From positions 434,001-498,000 of the forward strand of contig OZ287086.1 of NCBI GenBank assembly GCA_965645245.1: 64,000 nucleotides of DNA, given 5' to 3'. Source of the stretch: Massalongia carnosa (lineage: Eukaryota). The translations under genes were made by a program, and so were the position numbers. Of this stretch, positions 37,101 through 48,941 are shown in pieces (the stretch's first letter is position 1; every line of letters starts with the position of its first letter). Under the pieces are notes generated by a model. That model was not told where the DNA came from. It did no database searches and saw nothing but the letters and a program-made list of their open reading frames with translations.

Positions 37101-37964
37101 TATGAGGTTGAAGAAGCTCACTATTTGCTTTGAAGACTTGGCAAAAAAGCTAGACTTCTCGATTTTGGTTACTCGCTTCTCGTAGATGGACATGATATCG
37201 ACATGAATGTTCATGTCTTGAAATCGGTTCGCTACATCTTTGAGCGTCCAAAAGTCTTCGATTAGATCAGACATTTGTTGTTTGCTAAAGACTCCGCCAT
37301 TCGAGCAGCATTTGAGAAGGAGGAATATTCTATCCCGAAACTCTTCTTGATTTGGCTGATTATGCGGTGTTCCTAGAAACATGATTCCAGAAATCAAATT
37401 TAGGACATGAGCATATCTGTGGTGCTTTTGATTAGCCATAGAGAGAGCCTACACCAATTGTCAGATGTAGAAGAAGCGCCTTTATCACGGTCATACCTGT
37501 TTGACAATGGTGCCTCCCAAGCTGTGGCAGATGAACATAATTGGGCGTTGAGACTGCGTGCAATTAGTAATCCTTGGTAGAACAATCCCATGGCACCAAT
37601 GAAAAGCCACCTTTGTCTCGGCGTAAAGAGCGTATATAGCATTTAAAAGATCCTCCCCAGCTGTCAACAAGCCACGCCAAGAAAAGTCTTCGTCGACTGT
37701 CAAATCATGATCAAAGGCAATAATTCTGGATTGTGCGTTGCATCCTGACAAGCCGTCCAAAAATCTTGGAGACAATATAGCCCACTCTTCCACGCCTGGG
37801 CATCCAGGCCTCGGCCCGGGCACCAAGATGAGGCTCACAAGCCAGTCAGTAGGTAAACGAGGTAATGATATCTGGAGATGTCCTTACTCGAGATCTGTAG
37901 CTTTGTTCGGCGAAATGCGGAGCTCGCGCAGGGCCCCTGGCAGCCGTTCTCTATCAGCGTACAT
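34158..37964 (-). CDS. Fungal NLR: N-terminal SesB-like alpha/beta-hydrolase, NB-ARC, TPR repeats; multi-exon
   Basis: DLILVPG..RIIAFDH..RPIMFICHSLGG..GIMFLGTPH..SIYE..LNH. NB-ARC FVGR, GMGGLGKT, WLLVFDNAD, VLVTSR, LGGLPLAISQMAG. TPRs AYNQMGTALMM, LANLGLAYW, LGNNHHRTADVCHKVA. ORF breaks coincide with GT..AG introns; the start is approximate. Confidence 0.88.
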
Positions 37965-38745
37965 AATACCAGCGACGCCCGAAACCTGTAGTTATGAAGA
38001 GAAGTTTCCAGGAATGACACTGATGTGGTACCCAGCTCTTGAGGCACAATTTCTGCGACGTGAAAATTCGAGCAATATAAGGTCAATTACCGACTTAATG
38101 GCGATTAAATTCAGTGTGTTGTTATTCATGCAAGTTGGTCGAGAAGAGATATATTGCTCATCCCCGCATTAGTTGCTTCTAATCTTCATGCCAAACGCCT
38201 TATCCATCAAACAAGGCAACCTAACCATATGATTGCATCATCTGTAGCACCTACCTGGCTTCCCACTTGGACGAAACCACGTCAGTACTGATATGCACGT
38301 GCAGCAAAGCAATGGTCGAAGCAAGTCCGAGGTCTGCATCTTCTCGTGCAGGTGAGTTGTTTTTTATTTTATTAACTCATTAAGCGTATGCATCCTAAGG
38401 CTATGACGCTGTGACTGCTATTTATGGCAGGTGACTTAGACGTGAGGCTGAAATGCTTCGCTTCAGCCCCACTACCTCCCTCCTCTTCAATACACCGTTG
38501 CTTCAATTCAGTCCTCACTCATCAACCTGTTTATCGGCAAGATGAAGCCATTTAGCTCAATAAACGTCAATTCAATAGCCTCGCAACAAAGGTCATGAAT
38601 CGGGACTGCCGCATCATCCCAAGATCGCTGAATAACAAAGGTGTATAACCTTCTGCACATCAGCAAAGCGAAGCCTTTGAATTCAACAAATCATAAGTCA
38701 AGACTCACAAGGTAAACTCCGAAACCTGGGCTGCGGCATCCTCAC

Positions 38746-39033
38746 ATGTCGGCTGAAAACCACAGTAGCATACCCTCCTCCTTCCTCACGATGCCTGAAG
38801 CCAATGCCGTCAAAGCTCAACCTTGGAAAGTGGGCTGGCCTCCTGGGCCCCCAAACAGTGAAGAAGCTACGCAGAAGTCCGGTACGCAACACGGATTCAA
38901 GAAGAATGAAATGGTGGTTATGGATGGCAATATCGCGCCTAATGATGGCAATGCCACGCCTAAGGATGGCAATGTCGCGCCTAATGATGGCAATGCCACA
39001 TCTAATGACTCTGATCCTCCCAAGCTGAAGTGA
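38746..39033 (+). CDS. Small hypothetical protein with four 7-aa DGN-x-x-P/S-N/K repeats
   Basis: 95-aa ORF containing DGNIAPN-DGNATPK-DGNVAPN-DGNATSN; true start and expression unproven. Confidence 0.4.
   Translation: MSAENHSSIPSSFLTMPEANAVKAQPWKVGWPPGPPNSEEATQKSGTQHGFKKNEMVVMDGNIAPNDGNATPKDGNVAPNDGNATSNDSDPPKLK
38923..39006 (+). repeat. 4 x 21-bp tandem repeat (2 x 42-bp higher-order unit)
   Basis: gatggcaatatcgcgcctaat / gatggcaatgccacgcctaag / gatggcaatgtcgcgcctaat / gatggcaatgccacatctaat. Confidence 0.95.
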
Positions 39034-39324
39034 CCGAAATTGTCGACCAATGTTGACGGTGTGGCTGAGTGAGGATGAATGTCAGTCGTTCATCGAGGGC
39101 ACGCTTCCTGGGAGTTTGTTGTTTCCGATATCAGCTAAAGGGCGTTTTTACACATAAACTTATTTTCCGAGAGCCATTCAATTTATCACCACACATGAAG
39201 TGCACGTCTAAATTCACTCATAACTGTCCCCAAAGTATTCAAATCATATCCGATGAATGTTCGAGCAAACCTCCTTTCTGACAAGCCGAGGCTCTATGAA
39301 ATGTGCCTGGCCGCCTACCGTCCT

Positions 39325-40453
39325 TCAGCGAGTCCCATAAATATTACTCAGTTCAGGAGGTAAACAATCTGTGTTGGTGTAAAACAAATACGCTCTGCAC
39401 TCGATACTTTCACGCGGGGGTTCAGAAGGGTCGGCCATGGGGTTGAAGAACCCGGTATGTGGACAGACTGAACGCGTCGAAATATTAGTAAGACTCATCG
39501 AATGAGGGTTCCTAGAGAGCGAGTGCATACCTGCATTCCTTAAGTTCTCGGACGTCGCGCTTTTGAAAATCAAGACTTCGGATGGAAGTTGCCGCGGGAG
39601 GTGAAACCATTTCTGGGATGGGTTGTGGTGGATTTGCAAGTTCTCGGTCTTACAATCGCGATAAACGATGTCACCGGACATCGTGTCTGCTGCAAAATCG
39701 ACGCTGGAGGCATCACACAGGGCAAGCGGCCAGTCTTGTAATGGTCCGCGGAGAGGTCTCCATGCGCTAAAGCTTGTCAGCGGCAGAAAAAGACGTTAAG
39801 GTTTAGGAGGCCTCCATTACTTGACAATCTGCCAGGGGCTTTGCAACAGCTTGTCTGCCTCAGGCCCGTACACGTTCCGGAGCATGAGCTGCGCTTCTTG
39901 TCTGGTGAAGTCTGACCAAATCTTTAGAAGCATGCCAGAGTCGTGTTGACTTTCACTTAGCTATGTACTCACCAACATGAGCCATGGCGGTAGGCTGGGG
40001 ATGTTGGTAGTCCTCGCCGGTAGAAAGGGGAAACATATGATGACGGCGACGCACCTAAAATCGTCAACAAGCACGTCACCTGTATATGGCACTATCTTCA
40101 CGAACAACATGGTCTGAGATATAGACGTGGGAAGCGCCCAGGTCCTTCTTCAGTGCTTGCTTGAGTTCTTCCAGATACACGGTGTGGATCTTGGACTGAT
40201 CCTTGAAATCTTCATAAGACATCTGTGACTCCAATGACATTAAGCCAAAACCACATTCATTAAAGTCAAGATCCTCCAAATGTGGGCGCATGTTATGAAT
40301 CGATATTGTATGGCGCTCGTGCAGAATATTCGATTGATCTATGGAAATGTGAGGCGGATAACGCATACTGTACGGCTTTTCATGATTGTACCGCGGATTT
40401 CTTGCTAGGAAGTATAAATCTGCCTCTAATCCATCATGAGGGGTAGAATTCAT
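39325..40453 (-). CDS. AsaB/CmcJ (GA4-desaturase-like) family oxygenase; multi-exon
   Basis: LYFLARNPRYNHEKPY..FNECGF..DHVVR | HPQPTAMAHV-DFT | WRPLRGPLQDWPLALCDASSVD..HNPSQKWF..EVLIFK..CPHTGF..RESIECR; several short introns. Confidence 0.8.
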
Positions 40454-41080
40454 GTTTATTTTCATATAGGAGGATGGCAACAGGGGATCCAACCTGCCTT
40501 GGCCTCGGTAGTAGGTAGCTTCGAGAGGGAGAGGATATGAAAGGGTTGAAGTAAAGCCACCTATCAATGTCGACGCCAGCACACATGATTACGAAGAAGT
40601 TCATGACTCTTCGAAAGCCTGCTACTGCCAATGAGCGGCTAGCTCTTAAACCCGTAAATTAGTGAATGACACCTGTGCAGTATTAGACACAGTTTGCCGT
40701 CAGCCCTTAAGTGACGGATCGTGAATAATAACAAGCAGGAGTTCAATTATCGGTCACAAACATTGCGAACAGCATGCAGAGCAGTCATCAAAGAATTTGA
40801 CGATAACCTTTATCATACACGGAATATGAATAAATAAAGAAATGTAACGTTGTCTTACCTAAGTATCGAAATCAACTTTGTTCTTTTCGAGTCTTTCAAA
40901 GAAAAATAATAGACTAAAAGCAATATTGTTACGTAAATACTCATAGTTCATAAGATTTCAAAAACCTATCACGGTTCGATTATAATCATCTAACTATCTG
41001 ACTTTTTAAACACCTGATTATTCTGATTGTCAAGTATAAATTATTTAAATCTTCAAAGAATCGTTGCGATTCTGTAAAAC

Positions 41081-43618
41081 ATGGATGGGAAATAAAAGAG
41101 AGATGAATTCATTCAATCGGCAAAGCGCGCTCCTAAGTGAGCACTACGAAAAGAAGGCAAACCTCCGTGAGAGGATTAAGGAGTACCTTAATCGAGTGGG
41201 CATCGTTGGTGACCCGGTGGCACTATAGTTGCTGAAAAACTCAGCGGAGCTTTTGCAAGCACAAAAGCAAATTGACGACGAAGTCGCAAAGACGCCCAAC
41301 ATCTTAAACGACACTCTACTATCATACAACAAAAACTGACACGTATTGAACGCAAGGAGACGACTCCTCAAAATTACGCCGTTGCCGCTACGGGTCGAAG
41401 TCGCGATGGACCCGCGCCCTCAGCGAACAAAAACACCAAGCCTCAACAGTCCCCTAAGGACAAAACACCCACACCGAAGGAAGTGCGACGCGCTCGGGAA
41501 ATCACCGTTCACATAATGGAGAATACGGACCAGGAAAAAATAAAGCTGATGCCAACCAAAGAGCTAGTGGAAAAATTGCAAAATGGAATGAAAGGAATAC
41601 GAGGAGTGTCGCGTTTGTTAAACGGCGACATAAGGATTCGTGCTGAATCATTGGAGGCAAAGAAAATCCTGCAGGAAAAGACGGACTGGAGCCGGATGAT
41701 GGCCCGCCTCCACGGCGGTTCACACTCTTACCTTTACCGTAAGGACGAATGGGATCAAGGTGGAAAACATCAAAGGAGCTAATCAATCAACGGCTATTGT
41801 GTACCTGCTGGCTGCTAGTTAACGCACGCCTGCAGCCTGACCTCAAAATCATCAAAGTAGCTTGGTCAGTCAAGGCCATCAGGGAGAAAAAAGCATACTC
41901 AACGCTACAAATGGAGATCGCTACCGCCAAAATGGCCAACCGGCTCATCACCGAGGGCCTGATAGAGGACTAGGAAATAAAGAACTGTGAGCGTTTCACA
42001 CTTGGTTGCACCATGACCCAATGCTTTAATTGTCAAAATACGGTCATATAGGTAGATCATGTCGCGATCTCGCCGCTTGCGGTCACTGCGCCGATGGATA
42101 CCAAAGCAAATAATGTAATATGGAGAAAACTGGCAATACCGCCGATGTTCCGTATGCGGAGAGAAGGGAAATGAAGCGTGGTCCACAGCATGCAAATTCT
42201 GAAAAGATGAAAAGCGAAAAAATGAAGTCGCTATGCTAAATCGTGCTCCTCTTTACACAATCGAGTCATAACTGCCGTCATTTCAATTTAATGAAGCATC
42301 GACACTCGCAAACACACAAACGGACGAACTTCCGTCAACGTGGAAGACTGTCAATGGCAAGAAAGAAAAATACATAACGCTGCACTTCTACCAGGTTATA
42401 GGCATAATGAATCTTGAAAATATGGTTAAATCCTTAGCCAAACCAGCGTGGGACAGACCCCGCACAGAATCCGTATCAGCGACGGAGTTACCTCAGTCAT
42501 GCCGGCCACAGTGGTCGAAACAATAGACATTCTATGAGGGATACAAAATCCCTCTCGATATTGTAGGAATGATAGAGTGAGTACCATGATACCCCTCTTA
42601 GCAGACATAAATACCTAGGATTATGATATCATCGCAATACAGGAACCGTGGCGCAATCCTTCCGCCCCAACATCGCTCAGCTCATATTAAAGTGGCTTTC
42701 ATATTCTTTATCGTCTAGGTGGCGACACTAGAGTCTGGTTTTATATCAACGATTCTATAGACACGGAAAGCTGGGAGATAGAATTCCCTTCGGCCGATAT
42801 GTGCACGCTAAAAATAGAAACATGCACCGAAGGAGTAGCGGAGGTGATTCATATACATAACGTATACAATCCCTCCCCTGCATACTATTCGTCTACTGAC
42901 AGTACTTCCTCCTTATCGACCGCTCGGAGCATGCTAACTGCAGGCGTACATCATATTTTGCTTGGTGACTTCAACTTGCATCATCCCTTTTGGAACGGTC
43001 CTTTAAGACCAACACAACATGCTGCAGCTAATCAATTATTAGAAATCATTGATGACTCCAATCTCTCGCTAAAATTACCGAAAGGCACCGTAACATGAGA
43101 AGCAAGAACAATTTTAGCACGATCAACTTAGTCTTCGTGTCAAAATATCTAGTTGAAAGACTTGAACACTACATTTCTCGACCAGAATTAAATCAATCGT
43201 CCAATCACTTGCCGATATCAACCCGCATCCTACTCGATGGCGAGCTGCAACCAAAAATAAAACGCAGGGCATTGGAAACTACTCAATTTGGAAAAATTAA
43301 GGGAAGCCTAGTACCATGCACCTTCACCGGCGTCTCCCCGTACACCTGCCGAGATTGATGCGTACATAGAATCGATAAAAAAATTCCTACAAAACGTCAT
43401 CAATATAGCCGTTCCATGGGCGAAACCTAGCGAATATGCTAAGCCATTCTGGACTGAAGAATGCAATATTGCCACGAAAGCTACACGAAAATTATGCCGC
43501 ACATGGTCTGACACACGAGACCTAGTGGATTGGTCCAACTATATGAAATCCAATGACAAGAAACAGAAAATTATCTAAAAAGCAAAGAGGACAAATTTTC
43601 GTCAGAAGATCAGTAAGG
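41081..43618 (+). mobile_element. Second, more decayed copy of the Tad1-like LINE (ORF1 plus endonuclease), 3'-truncated
   Basis: Colinear with 25600-27821 on the opposite strand (KVAWSVKAIREKKAYSTL; LGDFNLHHPFWNG; KPFWTEEC); many stops and frameshifts; ends at ..cagtaagg ~43618. Confidence 0.88.
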
Positions 43619-43873
43619 AAATGACGATTCTCGTCTAGTGAATCGGGGGGGCGTCGTTGGGCACGACAAAAGAGCTCCACATGGTTGCCACAGTGCAGCC
43701 ACAACAGAAGGGACGATATAACTTTTGGCCAAGATAGCTACAGAGTCGGGGAGCAATTCTGCTTGATCACAATGACTATTGAGGGCTTGTATGTGTAACG
43801 AATGTAATTTCTAGTGCTGGCTAAAAAGTGCGAAAGTTTTTCTTTTCGAATCTAAGAAGGTGAATAAATTATG

Positions 43874-44321
43874 TGTTATGAAATCGAACCAACCCGATCC
43901 AGAATCAATCCCGCAGGTGAATCTGACTAAGCTCCCGTTCCTCTATTCAGCTTAGTCAGAATCTCATTAACTAAATCGAGTTTAGACCCCTCTCAACGGC
44001 TTCAGGTCAAAGCTGTACCATCACCATCAAAGCGTAGCAACGACAGGAGAACCTCATCTCCACCTTTTATCGTCAAACACCTCGTCAAACCTTCGTGCCG
44101 TACGTCTCCTAATAGGGGGAGATGAATACTGATCGAATCTTCATGCAAAGGGGTTCGAGACAAATATAAAATGAAGGACAAGTTAATTAGATAGTTGACT
44201 CCTTGTCCGACGTCTTGTATAGCAATCCATCTCCTAGCTATAGCCTTATTAATAAAGACATCTTGATCACCCAATCCAATTCCTAGGAACATTAGTTCAA
44301 TCCCCTGCCCAGTCCTTGACA
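43874..44321 (+). mobile_element. Solo LTR (448 bp), family shared with 55770-56210
   Basis: TGTTATGAAAT..CCTTGACA flanked by the 5-bp TSD TTATG (43869-43873, 44322-44326). Confidence 0.85.
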
Positions 44322-44871
44322 TTATGTTTTCAGAATTTCTTAGTTCCGTTGAACGGTTTGTTCCGTTGTCTAACCGTGCCACCGAGGTAAATCCGATGGA
44401 CCACACCCGGAGCTACGCTCCAGGTGCGGCTTACCTCCATGACGCTATCATCTCCATGACGCATTTCTCAAACTATTTACATTATATCCATTGATTAACC
44501 CTTTCAAAATAAAGCTATTCAAAATCAAATGCTGACGTTCATCTATCCAGCTTTCGGCCTTTTTACCCACCAAGCCAAACTGTTTAGCTATTGCTTTTCC
44601 ATAGAGAAATATTTTCCTTTGTCTAGCCGTCTAAGCACGCTTTTGACGACCCTCCACCCTTTCCACCTCTTCTTGGGTACGATGTGGGTGACTGTGCCTG
44701 TGAGGGATAAAACGAGTTCAATTTCAATAGCCTAGTTCTACACCAAAATCTTCAGACGAAGTCTAAAAGCTTTACTCGGGCGGAGTTCTATATAACCCCT
44801 GAAAAGTCGGTTCCTCGGCACATTACCTAGTCGATGCTAGTCTGATGTCAGGTGACCTCAGGACCCTGACA

Positions 44872-47800
44872 CTACCCCTCCTCTGAGACGGCGGCTCCGG
44901 ACGTCGATGGTTGACTGTTATTCATGAATAGGACATCCTTTGGGGCGTTGGGTTTTCCTTTATTGTCTGTATGAAATTTTCTGATTTCTTCTTTGGCGCG
45001 AATGAAATCAGTCCATGGCTGCCAAGGTGGGTTTGCGTTCCAGTCATCCCATGAGCCGATATAGGTTGCTTTATACTGAGTGCCGTATTTCTTAGTTTCA
45101 CGGCAGTCGACGATTTCGAGGACTTCATATTCTTCATGAGGACTGGATTCGGCGTCTTCTTGCATCAGTATCGGGGGACCCGGTTCAATAAGTTGACCGG
45201 GGAATGGGTTCGTAGGAGCCAGATGAAGTTTCCATGGATGAAATATGGGTGTGAGCCCCACTCTTTTCAAGTGTTCGGAATTTCCAATTCATAGGCCTTG
45301 TTATCTATGTTTCTGATGATTTTCCATGGCCCCGCGTTTTTGGAACTCAGGGAGCGACTCTGCTTGTCGACGGAGAAATCTTTGGTGTTGACATATACCA
45401 TGTCTCCTATCTTGTAGTCTGGATGTGGGGCCCGCGACTCATTGGCATATCTCATCTGATCTGCCTGTGCCCAGGTTAGGTGCTCGATAAGCCATTTGGT
45501 CATGGCTTCTTGTCGGGCGGTTATTTTGTCTGCCGACATCAGTTCCGCGCGTCCGGTGACATTTGAGTCAAAAGGCTGAGGCGGCTCCGAGCCACTACGA
45601 GGGTGATAACCGTGATCAGCGAAGAAGGGGGACATTCCGGTTGAAGCGTTCGTATGATTATTGACTGCAAATTCGGCATCTGGTAAGTAGTCCACCCAGT
45701 CGTCTTGAGCATGTCTGACGTATGCTCTCAGGTAGTTCTTCATAACCTTATTCGCATTTTCGGTTTGACCATCTGTTTCTGGATGATGCGCGGAGGACGG
45801 TTTCGATTTGACTCCTAATCGCTGACAAATTCGCTTCCACAGATGGGCTGTCAATTGCGTCCCGCGATCGTGGACGATGGAGTTTGGCAAGCCGTATGTT
45901 GAAAAGACCCGACGTTTGAGGACTTCTAGTACGTCCTTCGTGCCTATATCCACCATAGGTTCGTACAACCTACGTTTGGTCAATCTGTCCACGATAACCA
46001 AGATATTTTCGTACGTCCGGCCCCGTCTGTGACATTTGGGCAGTTTGACTACAAAGTCCAGAGATAAGTCTGTCCATTTTCTTTGAGGTATGGGTAGTGG
46101 GGCTAATAGTCCCTGTTTCTGATCGTTGTACGCCTTGGACCTTCGGCATGTAGAGCAGTTAGTAGCGTATCTTCGACAATCATCCTTCATGGACATCCAG
46201 AAATAGTTCTCCAGCATTTTGGCATACATGCCTCGATACCCGGGGTGTCCTTGCATCGGGGGATTATGATGATCCGATAAAAGACGCAGCTTCAGCTTGT
46301 CGAAATTCGGAATGAAGAGGCGTGTTTTGTAGTATAGTCTTTCGTGACGGACTTCCAAGTCACCCATCGCCAGTCTCAGCCCGTTGCTTAGAATTTTATC
46401 GGGCAATTTCTTCAGATTTTCCAACTTAGCCTTCATGACTTCCTGAATCATTGCGTCTTCTTGATATGCCTCCGCTAAAAGATTTTCTAATAATTCATCA
46501 GGCTTTTCTGCATCCGAATCATCATTCGAATTGATTGTGAACTCCTCTACCGTCAAGTCCTCTACTTCCTCATCCCTGATTTGATCGGATGAGTCAGTAG
46601 TAATGTTGTCTTCAACCCGTTCTCGATTGGCCATGGATCTGGTTGTCACGTACAGCTTCAGGTCCTGTTTCACTTCATCGTCCAGCTGATTTTCTTTTAG
46701 CAGCACCTGATATTGATATCTGGTGCGATCATCCTCCGCGTCCATCGGCAGATCTTGCTCTCTTCTGGTGAGGGCGTCCGGTTTGCCCCCTTGCTTGCCT
46801 GGTCTATACATAATGCGAAAATTATATTCCGCCAGCATCTCAGCCCAACGCACTTGACGGCGATTTAGTTGTTTCAAAGTCATGAAGGTCTCCAGATTCT
46901 TATGATCTGAGTAGACCTTTGTTGATTGCTCCACTCCCGCTAGCTCCGGTCTCCAGATGACGAAACTTTCTACGATGGCTAGGAGTTCTTTATCGTAGAT
47001 CTCATAATTGCATTCGGCGGGGCTCATCTTCTTCGAGAAATAAGCCACGGGTTTCAGAACGCCTTCATGCATCTGAGAGAGTATCCCCGATACTACGAAG
47101 TCAGATGCGTCTGTCTCCACCCAGGTCTCTAGCCTTGGGTCGTAATGAGCAAGAATCGGCGCAGAGGTAAAAGAAATCTTCATGTCTTCGAAAGCTTGCT
47201 GACATTCAGTGGTCCACACGAAGTCTTGATACTTGGTGCGTCTCTTTCCGCCTTTCGTGACATATTGCTCTCCGCGGGTTAGCTCGGTCAGACACTTCAC
47301 CTTTTCGGAGAATCGCTCAATGAAGCGACGATAGAAGTTAGCGAATCCAAGAAAGGACTGCACCTCTTTTACTGACGCGGGCGTCTTCCATTCTAGTATG
47401 GCCGTCACCTTTTCTGGGTCTATTCTAACGCCATTCACCCCCACGAACATTCCGAGGTACTTGACTTCGGAGACAGAGAATTCACACTTGTCTATGTCCA
47501 GTTGAAGTCCTCTTTCTTTCAGACGACGAAGTACCTTCAGTACCTGCTCGATGTGCTCCGTTTCTGTTTCACTGAACACCAGTACGTCGTCCAGATAGGC
47601 GGTGACGAAATAATCTAAGTATTCTCGCAGGGAGTTATTGATATAGCTCTGAAATGTTGATGGAGCGTTGCATAGTCCGAAGGGCATCACAAGATATTCA
47701 AATTGACCGTATCGAGTATTGAACGCCGTGAGCCACTCTTGTCCCTCTTTAATCCTCATCCTATTGAATGCATGAATGACGTCCAATTTAGTAAACCACT

Positions 47801-48941
47801 TTGCTTTGGCGAGTTTCGCCAATGTCTCGCTGATCAATGGAATGGGGTATCGACTTTTCTCCGTGATATTATTCAGATCTCGATAATCTACGCAAAAGCG
47901 AAGACCCCCGCCTGGTTTCCTGACCAATAGTAGCGGCGCGGCCGCCTTTGACGAGCTCGGACGAATAAACCCTTTTGCTAAGTGCTCATCTAGATATTTT
48001 CTTACCGCGGTCAATTCCTGTTCGGACATGGGCCGATAATTCTTGATGAACGGGGGCTCGATCCCGGGCATCAAATTGATTTCGTGATCCTCTTTTCGAT
48101 GAGGTGCCAACTCGTCTGCCTTAGCCCTCATGAAGACTTCAATCTCGCCATGATAGGCCTCGGGTACTCGTTTTTTCAATTCTTCCAGAGTATATTCGAC
48201 TTTGTCTTTCATGAACTTCTCATGATCGTCGCTGGTGACTGCGTTGATACTTGAAGAAGTCAGAAGCTTCTTCTCGTACCTATCTAACTTCTTGTTGAGC
48301 TTTTCCCTCGGATAGAAACAGTAAGTCTGATGACCCGATCTTCGAAGAAGTTTCATAAATCGCTTCGGGGTGATGGACTGAATATCGAAATTTTCAAAGG
48401 CCTCGTTCTTTGCTGAGGCAGTCGTTTCCTTCTCCAAGATTGTGGATTCAAATTTTGAGACTGAATGAGATCGAGGTGCGCATCCCTTACTGACGCACCG
48501 ATTGGAGAACGTCATGGTGCGTTCAACCCAATCAATGTGAGGGTTATGCTCCTGCAGCCATCCATCACCGATGATCAAGGTATGATTACCTATGTCGGCC
48601 AGATAGCAGAATAACTTTTCCTCATGATCTCCGATTCTGACGGGAACGATAACGGCCTTATCAATGATTTGATGGACTTTTCCATCCCCAAGTTCCAGTC
48701 TGACCCTGTCTCTTTTTTTTAGTCTAATGGTCTCTAGTTTTCTTTTGCGCGCAAAGGATTCATGAAGAAATTGAACTTCACTTCCGTTATCGATCATCAA
48801 CTGATTTTCATTAGAGGCTATACTACATCTAAATAAAAGATGCTTGCCCGGAACGAGATGATCGACAGAAAGAACAGATGCTCTAACAACCCTTAATGAA
48901 ACTTCTCGACATTCCTGATGGCGACTATCATCAGGAATCAT
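44872..48941 (-). CDS. pol: Gypsy Pol: protease, RT, RNase H, integrase, chromodomain (1-nt frameshift near 45280)
   Basis: LMIDNGS; LRFCVDYR, YLVMPFGL, YLDDVLV; ETDASD..YDKELLAIV; H..H..C..C, LSLDF, IVHDRG, DGQTE; EYEVLEIVDCR..WQPW. Confidence 0.92.

Noticed and set aside
38923..39006. 21-bp repeats as a CRISPR array
   Set aside because: The units are directly adjacent with no unique spacers, there are no cas genes, and the context is eukaryotic.
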